Source: Bacteroidales bacterium (GTDB lineage: Bacteria > Bacteroidota > Bacteroidia > Bacteroidales > DTU049). Taken from it: a DNA stretch of 64,000 nucleotides. The DNA lies in the NCBI GenBank assembly GCA_012520175.1, contig JAAYOU010000029.1:8867-72866 (forward strand). The letters are read 5' to 3'. This document shows, piece after piece, positions 1-7,197 of this stretch (within the stretch, counting starts at the first letter, position 1; every line of letters starts with the position of its first letter). A program made the position numbers and the translations under genes. The notes beneath the pieces were generated by a model that was not told the origin of the DNA, ran no database searches, and saw only the letters and a list, made by a program, of their open reading frames with translations.

Positions 1-392
1 TATGTTATATAATTAATTTCATTAGTTTTCATTTTCAATGTTAGTGGAAGATCCAAAAATTGAAATTTATAAATAGAGGTTACTTTAGATAATTCTGCAA
101 CTGTATCCGGTGGATATACCTGCATTACACCTAATCTTTGTAATTTTCCACCCATATAACTTACATCAAAGCCACTTGCAAAAGAAAAGTTGTCTGCAAT
201 GGTCATTTCACCAATAAATCCCCACCCTAAACCAAGCCTCATACCTTGATATTGCAAAGAGTCTTGATCTGATTTCATCCATGAAGGACCAACATTAGCA
301 TGAATCCCGAAACGGAAAAATTTTTCATTTTGAGCATTTGCAATATTTAAAATTGCTGCAAAAACAAATATTGTTAATAGAATCTTTTTCAT
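1..392 (-). CDS. porin-family outer-membrane beta-barrel protein, N-terminal part (gene runs off the window start)
   Basis: Own reverse-strand translation from the ATG at 392: MKKILLTIFVFAAILNIANAQNEKFFRFGIHANVGPSWMKSDQDSLQYQGMRLGLGWGFIGE... It has a signal peptide followed by an alternating aromatic/glycine beta-strand pattern. It is absent from the ORF track because there is no stop inside the window. Confidence 0.6.
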   Translation of the reverse strand, partial: MKKILLTIFVFAAILNIANAQNEKFFRFGIHANVGPSWMKSDQDSLQYQGMRLGLGWGFIGEMTIADNFSFASGFDVSYMGGKLQRLGVMQVYPPDTVAELSKVTSIYKFQFLDLPLTLKMKTNEINYIT

Positions 393-399
393 ATTTTTG
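392..399 (+). promoter_or_regulatory. candidate Bacteroidota -7 box (TAnnTTTG) for gldB
   Basis: tatttttg at 392-399, 35 nt upstream of the ATG at 435. Confidence 0.35.
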
Positions 400-434
400 A
401 TTTTTATTTCATATAACACAAAGATATAAAATTT

Positions 435-1496
435 ATGAAACAGCAAAGATTTTTTTTATTAAAAAGCAGCATTTTAATTTTTTCCGTCATTTCGTTATCA
501 TTATTTATTAGCTCTTGTGGCTGCAAACGAGAAAAAAAAGAATATACAAGAGAGATAAAAGAAAGCAAAATTGATTCTATTTCAAAAATAAAAGTATCAA
601 TAATCCGCTACGAAAAAGATTTATTTGCAATACCGATTGACAGCCTAAAAGAAGGTCTCGCTGCAATGCAAAGCAAATACAGCTTTTTTTATTCAAAAGA
701 AGATTTGGAAAATCCAGCAAACATTGTTTCAATGAAGCAATATTTAAAAGATTATACTATAAAATCTTTATACGATGAAACTATGAAGCAGTATCCATCT
801 TTAACTTGGCTGGAATCTGATTTAACTGCAATGTTTCAAAAAATAAAATATATTATTCCTTCGTGGACTGTGCCACAAGTTTACACTTATATTTCAGGTG
901 GAGACATTGAATATCCAATAAAATATGCCGACAATAATTTGGTTATTGCTTTAGATTTGTTTTTAGGACAAAATTATCCGCTGTATAAAATGTGGAATAT
1001 TCCGCAATACATCAGCAATCGCATGACCCCGCAGCATATTGTTTTAAGGTGTGCAACAGAAATTGCGCAAGCATATTTAGAAAGACAAGAATTTATGCCT
1101 AAAACCATGTTAGACAAAATGATTTGGCATGGAAAATTATTATATTTTACAGACCTTGTTGTACCAGAAGCTAAAGATTCTACACGAATTGGCTATACAA
1201 CACAGCAATTAGCATGGATGGAAATAAACGAAGGTAATGTTTGGGGATTTTTTATTGAAAAAAACTTATTGCATACTTCTAACTCTAGAGAAATTGGGAA
1301 ATTTTTAGGCGAAGCTCCGTTTACAAGCACTTTTTCAAAAAACAGTGCCCCCAGAACAGGTCAATACATCGGCTGGCAAATTGTTAGAGCTTATATGGCG
1401 AGAAACAAAAACGTTACTCCCGAAGAACTTTTAAAGCTAAATAAATCGCAAGAAATATTAAACAAATCTTCTTATAAGCCTAAGAAAAATGAGTAA
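435..1496 (+). CDS. gldB: gliding motility lipoprotein GldB
   Basis: Lipoprotein signal (LFISSCG). The length (353 aa) and the C-terminal block GQYIGWQIVRAYM..NVTPEELLKLN...SSYKPKK match my memory of Flavobacterium GldB. Confidence 0.8.
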   Translation: MKQQRFFLLKSSILIFSVISLSLFISSCGCKREKKEYTREIKESKIDSISKIKVSIIRYEKDLFAIPIDSLKEGLAAMQSKYSFFYSKEDLENPANIVSMKQYLKDYTIKSLYDETMKQYPSLTWLESDLTAMFQKIKYIIPSWTVPQVYTYISGGDIEYPIKYADNNLVIALDLFLGQNYPLYKMWNIPQYISNRMTPQHIVLRCATEIAQAYLERQEFMPKTMLDKMIWHGKLLYFTDLVVPEAKDSTRIGYTTQQLAWMEINEGNVWGFFIEKNLLHTSNSREIGKFLGEAPFTSTFSKNSAPRTGQYIGWQIVRAYMARNKNVTPEELLKLNKSQEILNKSSYKPKKNE

Positions 1497-1551
1497 AAGC
1501 TACGAAATTGGTTTATAGGTTGAATTTGTGTGAAACGGGTGATGCTTGCAA

Positions 1552-1770
1552 CTACTTGATTATCAATGTGTTAGCTTCTAGGGCAATGGCATGAGCATAT
1601 CCAAATGCTTTCTCCATCTGATTCTTTCTTTAAAATCCTAATTAAACTTTTAATCCCATTCTGTCATTTGGAATCTTATCAGATGCAATAATGGATTTGT
1701 CTTAACCATTGCAAATAGCATAATCCAAAAAATTTTTTGAAATATATACTCCATAAAATAGCTTTTTCAT
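1552..1770 (-). pseudogene. IS110-family transposase N-terminal remnant (three in-frame stops, truncated)
   Basis: Reverse-strand reading from the ATG at 1770: MKKLFYGVYISKNFLDYAICNG*DKSIIASDKIPNDRMGLKV*LGF*RKNQMEKAFGYAHAIALEANTLIIK*. The M..(F/I)G(I/V)D(I/V)SK..LD start and the ME.TG.Y block resemble IS110-family N-termini. Only about 70 codons remain. Confidence 0.45.
1556..1575 (+). repeat. copy of dispersed 21-nt core repeat (ttgattatcaatgtgttagc)
   Basis: Matches the core YTGATTATCARCRAYTTAYGC seen at 10 other intergenic sites. It is closest to the copy at 29086-29106. Confidence 0.6.
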
Positions 1771-1814
1771 ACCTTTACATTTTAGGTGAATAAATTACCT
1801 GAATGAACCAAGTT

Positions 1815-1991
1815 GGATTTTAGCTAAAACTATTAATAGATCTCAAACCTAACATTCTAATTGGCTCTAAAATCCAGGAAAAAGTGAGGCCTAATACTCA
1901 GGATAAGCCTTAAAACTTAGCCGCTGAAATAGTTCACCTCTTTTTCTCTGGTTCTTCAGTTATCAATAACTGAAGAACTTCTGTAAGCGGC
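1815..1991 (-). other. structured non-coding region upstream of the IS110-like remnant (possible IS left end)
   Basis: 9-bp long-range pairing ggattttag (1815-1823) / ctaaaatcc (1867-1875). Perfect hairpin gttcttcagtt (1951-1961) / aactgaagaac (1968-1978), enclosed by gccgct (1920-1925) / agcggc (1986-1991). Confidence 0.3.
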
Positions 1992-2004
1992 AAAAACCAT
2001 AAAT

Positions 2005-2032
2005 AAAAAAGCTGCCCTTTTTTGAGACAGCC
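2005..2032 (-). terminator. candidate rho-independent terminator of the 2061-5369 gene
   Basis: On the minus strand: ggctgtc tcaaaaaa gggcagc, a 6-bp stem including one G-U pair, followed by tttttt. It lies 30 nt downstream of the stop. Confidence 0.4.
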
Positions 2033-2060
2033 TTTTATATTTTTATAAAAACTATGATTT

Positions 2061-5000
2061 TTATTTTTTTACTATTTGTATAATACCAACACTTTCACCC
2101 ATTTCTACACGCACCATATAGATTCCTGCAGGCAAGCTAGAAATATTAATTTCTCGCACATCGCCAGTGTTTTGAGCTACAATAGAGCTAAGCATATTAT
2201 ATACGCTTACAGTGGTAATTGTTTCCTTTGTTTCTATGTGCAAAATGTCTTGTACAGGGTTGGGATAAACTGTAATGTTTTGAGCAGCAAAATCTTCTAT
2301 GCTTGTTTCTACAAACTCTGCCACAATATTTACGTCTGCTACAACAATGTGTGTGCTGCCATTTTCAATTGTTTCGCCATTTAAAGTTAATGTTTGAAGT
2401 TTATAATCTGGGTTTGGTGTTGCAGTAATAATAATTGCTGCACCTTTATCAACTTTGCTGCCAATCGCTACCGGAGATCCGTTTGCTGTTACGCTAAGCG
2501 TACCGTGTTCTGGTATGTTGTAAGTTACGGTATATTGTGCTGTTTCTTCAACAAATTCTGCTACAATATTTACATCTGCCACAACAATATGAGTGTTGCC
2601 GCTTTCAAAAGGATTGCCATTTACAGTTAGAGTTTTAAGTTTGTAACCATTGTCTGGTGTAGCTGTAATAGTTATTTCGCTGTTTTTATCAACTTTGTCG
2701 CCACTTACGAGTGCTATTGTATCTAGCATTACGCTAATTGTGCCATTTTCAGGCGTTGCGAAGGCAATAGTAAACTGCTCGATTGGTATTTCCTCAAACT
2801 CAGCGGTTATTGTAACATCAAACGCAGGCATTTCAAATGTCATGCCGTTGAGCGGAACTTCTTCCGTTTCTTCGCCGGTTTTGTAAGCACGCAAAGAGCC
2901 ATCTTTCAATTTGTAGCCATCATCGGCACTAGCAGTTATGGTTACAGTTTCGCTGAATACAACTGGGCTTGCTGGTATAAATGACAGAGAACCGTTGGTA
3001 ATACCCTCAGCGATAGTAACTGCATAGCTGTTAATATCCCACTTAGCATACAACGTAAAACTGCTAGTTACCTCTGTATTAAAGTCGTATTCGTTTTGTA
3101 GCTCAGTATCAGTAAACCAGCCAATAAAGGTATAGCCCTCTTTGGTGGGAGTTTCTGGTTCAGTGAGTTTGTCTCCGTGGTTTATGGAGGTATCAGCTAT
3201 TGTGCTACCGCCATTAGTGTTAAAGGTTATGGTGTAAACCTTTATTTGCCACTTAGCATACAGTGTAAAACTGCTAGTTACCTCTGTATTAAAGTCGTAT
3301 TCGTTTTGTAGCTCGGGGTCGCTGTACCAACTCGCAAAGGTATAGCCCTCTTTAGTGGGAGCTTCTGGTTCGGTGAGTTTGTTGCCATGAGCAACGGTAA
3401 CGTTATCAACTGCAGTTCCACCATTAGTATTAAAGCTGATAATGTAAGCAGGTACTATCTTCACTGTATCTTTGATTATATTGCCAGCAGTATCGCAGAC
3501 AGCTTTTTCGTTAGGATTGAACACAGCACCAGCAGGCTCTACAATTACACAACTAATAAGTTCTACATCATTAAAGTTACGGATTGAGCCATAGTTTGTA
3601 CCAATTGCCGAAACTGTGGCATTTTCAATGGTAAGAGTATCAAGAAAATCGCCGGCAAAACCGCATGTTTTCCCTATTGTATTTACTGTACAGTTACGTA
3701 TAGTTAAAGATGAGCTATTGAAGGTAGATATCCCTGATTTATTTTTAGCGTTTATGTTAAGCGTACCGCTACCATCAATGGTTGCAGAATTTCCAGAAAA
3801 ATGAACTGTTGGGTAGTTCACACTTGATAAGTTATTATTGCCCACAATATCAATTTTTAGGTTTTCAATTTTATTGTTGATAGCATAAAGCTCTCCTGTT
3901 GCACAAATTGTAGCATCTTCAAGTTTTAGAGTTTTTGTATCAGGGTTGTAGCTTACCGAACCTTCTACACCATTTATAACGCTTAAATCATCTTTATTAA
4001 GATTTGTTACCTGTACATCACAAATCCAAAGGTCATAATAAATAATCGGCTTTATTTTTACTGTATCCGTGATGATATTACCATCAGCATCACAAATTGC
4101 CTTTATACCGTTGTTAAATACTGCTCTGGCAGGTTCAAAAATGCCACAGTTGACAAATTTTATATTTTTAAAGCCCATAATAGTACCGTCTTTTACCCCA
4201 TAAGATTTTAAAGATGCGGTTATCGTAGCGTTGTCAAAGGTAAGTGTCTTTTCGCCTGAATCACCAAAAATAGCGTTTCTACCACCAGTAACTTCAACAG
4301 TACAGTTTTTAATAGTTAGCGAGCCATTTTTCATAAATATTGCTCGGTCTTCTGCGTGAGTATTTGATAATTTAAGCGTCCCGCTACCCTGAATTGTGCC
4401 TGAAGTGTTATTTTGGAAAGCTATAGGAGACCATTCGTTACCAGTTAGATTATTAGTGCCGGAAACATCTATTTTCATATTATCAATTAGGGAAAGAATG
4501 CAGCACGTTTGCCCTGTGGTGGACATTGTTGCTCCGTTAAGCGTAAGAGTTTTCGAGTCAGAGTTGTAGCTTACCGTACCTGTTACACCATTGATAACGC
4601 TTAGGTCGTCCTTATTGGCATCAGTTACTTGCTCGCCACAAATCCATAAATCATATTTAGATATACCAATCTTTACTTCGCTTTTAATTACATTGCCATC
4701 AGCATCACAAACGGAGCCATTTATTATCTGTGCATCAGCAGGCGAGATAAAAGAGCAACCATTAAGGGTTATTCCTCCGGAAAATTTAGTAATAGAGCCA
4801 TAACTCCCTTTGGCTGTAACGGTAGCACCATTAACAATAAGAGAAGCATCCTCTGCTCCTTGGAACCCGAATCTTGCACCGATAGCGTTTACCGTACATT
4901 TCTTTATGGTAAGAGTGCTTCGATAAACCCATATCGTATTGGTGTAATATGCCTCTGAACTCACATTTAATGTGCCGCTGCCTTGGATAGTAACATCATT

Positions 5001-5369
5001 ATTAATATGTATTGCACAGGAACATCCTTCTTTAGCTGTTATCGTGTTGTTTCCTATAAGCTCTATTTTCAGTCCATTACATTGGGATGAAAAACAATAG
5101 AATGATGCAGATTTGATGGTAGCGCCGTTAAGCGTAAGGGTGTTGGTGGTAGAGTTATAGTTTACTATACCCGTTACCGTACAGCCATTTGTACCATTGA
5201 TAACGGTTAGGTCGCCCTTGTTGGCATCTGTTACCTGTACGCCGCAAATTTTAAGGTCGTACTCTGCTGCTTGCAAATTAGCAGCACCGAATAGCATCGC
5301 CACGAAAAAAGCAAGCGTAAATCTGAATTTGTAATTGTTTTTTTTCATTTTATTTTGATATTTTTTCAT
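2061..5369 (-). CDS. modular T9SS-secreted surface protein (3 N-terminal ~200 aa repeats, 2 Listeria-Bacteroides/Flg_new repeats, 3 InlB-B-like Ig repeats, T9SS C-terminal domain)
   Basis: Signal peptide. Three units begin YDL(K/W)ICG.QVT..NK.DL.VING. Two copies of the NTNGG....V..G.KLTEPE.PTKEGYTF..W..D.ELQNEYDFNTEVTSSFTLYAKW repeat. The C-terminus VYPNPVQDILHIE...GIYMVRVEMGESVGIIQIVKK is typical of a type A sorting domain. Confidence 0.9.
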   Translation of the reverse strand: MKKYQNKMKKNNYKFRFTLAFFVAMLFGAANLQAAEYDLKICGVQVTDANKGDLTVINGTNGCTVTGIVNYNSTTNTLTLNGATIKSASFYCFSSQCNGLKIELIGNNTITAKEGCSCAIHINNDVTIQGSGTLNVSSEAYYTNTIWVYRSTLTIKKCTVNAIGARFGFQGAEDASLIVNGATVTAKGSYGSITKFSGGITLNGCSFISPADAQIINGSVCDADGNVIKSEVKIGISKYDLWICGEQVTDANKDDLSVINGVTGTVSYNSDSKTLTLNGATMSTTGQTCCILSLIDNMKIDVSGTNNLTGNEWSPIAFQNNTSGTIQGSGTLKLSNTHAEDRAIFMKNGSLTIKNCTVEVTGGRNAIFGDSGEKTLTFDNATITASLKSYGVKDGTIMGFKNIKFVNCGIFEPARAVFNNGIKAICDADGNIITDTVKIKPIIYYDLWICDVQVTNLNKDDLSVINGVEGSVSYNPDTKTLKLEDATICATGELYAINNKIENLKIDIVGNNNLSSVNYPTVHFSGNSATIDGSGTLNINAKNKSGISTFNSSSLTIRNCTVNTIGKTCGFAGDFLDTLTIENATVSAIGTNYGSIRNFNDVELISCVIVEPAGAVFNPNEKAVCDTAGNIIKDTVKIVPAYIISFNTNGGTAVDNVTVAHGNKLTEPEAPTKEGYTFASWYSDPELQNEYDFNTEVTSSFTLYAKWQIKVYTITFNTNGGSTIADTSINHGDKLTEPETPTKEGYTFIGWFTDTELQNEYDFNTEVTSSFTLYAKWDINSYAVTIAEGITNGSLSFIPASPVVFSETVTITASADDGYKLKDGSLRAYKTGEETEEVPLNGMTFEMPAFDVTITAEFEEIPIEQFTIAFATPENGTISVMLDTIALVSGDKVDKNSEITITATPDNGYKLKTLTVNGNPFESGNTHIVVADVNIVAEFVEETAQYTVTYNIPEHGTLSVTANGSPVAIGSKVDKGAAIIITATPNPDYKLQTLTLNGETIENGSTHIVVADVNIVAEFVETSIEDFAAQNITVYPNPVQDILHIETKETITTVSVYNMLSSIVAQNTGDVREINISSLPAGIYMVRVEMGESVGIIQIVKK

Positions 5370-5465
5370 TTTTAGCGTTGAGTGTTTAAAGTTTGGAAAG
5401 CGTTACCTTGAGTTTCTTGAATTGTTGAAAAAGTTTTTCGCGAGTCTGTGTTTTGAAAATTTTTG

Positions 5466-5473
5466 CAAAAATA
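5466..5473 (-). promoter_or_regulatory. candidate -7 box (TAnnTTTG) for the 2061-5369 adhesin gene
   Basis: The plus strand reads caaaaata, which is tatttttg on the minus strand, about 97 nt upstream of the ATG at 5369. Confidence 0.3.
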
Positions 5474-5495
5474 TAAGAAATTAAAATTCTTTTTG

Positions 5496-5528
5496 GTGGC
5501 TAAACATAAAAATCTTAGTGGCTAAACA
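5496..5528 (-). promoter_or_regulatory. direct repeat pair gtggctaaaca x2, 22-bp period, upstream of the candidate promoter
   Basis: gtggctaaaca at 5496-5506 and 5518-5528, i.e. 23-55 nt upstream (in the minus sense) of the -7 box. Confidence 0.3.
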
Positions 5529-6159
5529 ACAAATTTTAATTAATAATTAATAAATGTGTGAATTTATTTTTATGGTTATCATTTTTTCATAAATCCGTTA
5601 ACATTCTACAACATTCATTCTGTCATCTGAACATAGTATAGCAACAATTTCACCCGCTCATCATACACAAATAATTGGTTATCAAAATCTTGCACAAAAC
5701 AACCAGTTGCGTGTAACCACTTAATTATCACCACATTACATAGTCAGCTGCAATTTTGTAATTAAATAACATTTTTTTGAACCATTAAGGCATTAAGAGA
5801 CATTAAGAAATTGACTATATTCACCTTACGTAAAGCGGATGTCTTTTTGCAATACGCTGATTATCAGCAACTTACGCAACAAAACCTTTAAACCTAACAG
5901 GTTTCTAAAACCTATCAGGTTTATACATTGTTGCATGTCTGTAACTGCTTGTGTATTAGCAATTTATGCGGGCGACAAGCGAATAGCGAGCCCCTACTAA
6001 ACACTAAAAACCATTTTATAACTCATTGATTATTAGCAATTTATGCAAAGCGGATGTCTTTTTGCAATACGCTGATTATCAGCATCTTAGGCAAAGTGGG
6101 CACCATTCGCTAAACCGTTGATTGTCAGCGACTTATATGAGTGGCAACAAAACAACCTA

Positions 6160-7197
6160 TCATGCTTTTTTCCTTATTTTTTCCAATAAGTCGCTAAAAT
6201 CTTGTGGGAATTGACTTTTAAAATAAAGTTCTTTCCCATTTTCAGGATGAACAAAACCTATAACTGCGGCATGTAAAGCCTGCCTTGGCATTATTTCAAA
6301 ACAATTATCTATAAATTGCTTAAATTTAGTAGTTGCATTTCCTTTAACAATCGTTTTTCCGCCATACATTTCGTCAGCAAACAATGGATGCCCGATATGC
6401 TTCATGTGTGCTCTTATTTGGTGCGTGCGTCCTGTTTCTAATTTACATTCAACAAGAGTTGCAAAGCCAAATCGCTCAATAACTTTATAATGAGTTAGCG
6501 ACCATTTCCCTTCATTTTCGCTTTCATACATAGTCATAACCCTTCTATCGCGCTGGCTACGTGCAATATATCCGCTAACAACTCCACTTTCGTTTTGCAA
6601 ATCTCCCCAAACAAGAGCGTAATACAATCTGTTTGTGGTGTGATTATAAAACTGTTTTGCCAAGTGCGTTTGTGCAAATTCTTCTTTTGCAACAACCAAC
6701 AATCCGCTTGTATCCTTGTCTATGCGATGAACCAATAATGGGAAAGTATCGTTTTCATTATTTGACTGAAAATGATATAAAAGTGCATTTAGCAACGTAT
6801 GCTCATAATTATTATATCCCGGATGAACCACCATTCCTGCTTTTTTATCAACAACAAGCAAGCTTTTATCTTCGTAAACAACATCAAGCGGAATGTTTTC
6901 TGGCAACAAATCAAGCTCTAGTGGCGGTTTTGGTAAAACTATAACAATTTCATCGCAAGGTTTTATCTTATAGTTTTGTTTGACTGGCTTGTCGTTCACC
7001 AACACACTATCAGCTTTTATGGCATTTTGAATTTTATTTCTGCTAACGCTTCCGCCAATGCGATCTACTAAAAATTTATCTATTCTAAGCAGAGACTGCC
7101 CTTTATCAACAATGAGTCTAAAATGTTCGTACAGTTCTTTTTCATCATCTGCCAAATCCGACTGATCTGTATAATAATTTAATTTATCAGAATCCAT
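6160..7197 (-). CDS. rluD: RluA/RluD-family 23S rRNA pseudouridine synthase
   Basis: N-terminal S4 domain (RIDKFLV....SRNKIQNAIK...VLVN). Catalytic motif HRIDKDTSGLLVVAK and the GRTHQIRAHM motif. Confidence 0.9.
   Translation of the reverse strand: MDSDKLNYYTDQSDLADDEKELYEHFRLIVDKGQSLLRIDKFLVDRIGGSVSRNKIQNAIKADSVLVNDKPVKQNYKIKPCDEIVIVLPKPPLELDLLPENIPLDVVYEDKSLLVVDKKAGMVVHPGYNNYEHTLLNALLYHFQSNNENDTFPLLVHRIDKDTSGLLVVAKEEFAQTHLAKQFYNHTTNRLYYALVWGDLQNESGVVSGYIARSQRDRRVMTMYESENEGKWSLTHYKVIERFGFATLVECKLETGRTHQIRAHMKHIGHPLFADEMYGGKTIVKGNATTKFKQFIDNCFEIMPRQALHAAVIGFVHPENGKELYFKSQFPQDFSDLLEKIRKKA

Larger units (their letters stand above)
5371..6138 (+). repeat. cluster of mosaic intergenic repeats (left-arm motif plus five 21-nt cores, including near-identical 46-nt units)
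   Basis: Left-arm motif tttagcgttgagtgtttaaagtttgg at 5371-5396. Cores at 5857-5877, 5949-5969, 6026-6046, 6072-6092 and 6118-6138. The 46-nt unit aaagcggatgtctttttgcaatacgctgattatcagcaacttacgc (5832-5877) recurs at 6047-6092 with 3 mismatches and is followed directly by a third 46-nt unit at 6093-6138. Confidence 0.8.

Noticed and set aside
2076-4803. Several 62-102 aa plus-strand ORFs inside the 2061-5369 gene.
   Set aside because: They are antisense to a long, motif-rich minus-strand CDS. They are Cys/Phe-rich, low-complexity translations typical of the reverse frame of AT-rich genes.
5824-6138. Array-like alternation of ~21-nt repeats and 26-nt 'spacers', which looks superficially like CRISPR.
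   Set aside because: - The repeats are too short and degenerate.
- Two of the 26-nt 'spacers' are the same sequence, and other intervals are 57-71 nt.
- The same units are dispersed singly elsewhere.
- No cas genes are nearby.
- The pattern is better explained as tandem 46-nt mosaic repeat units.
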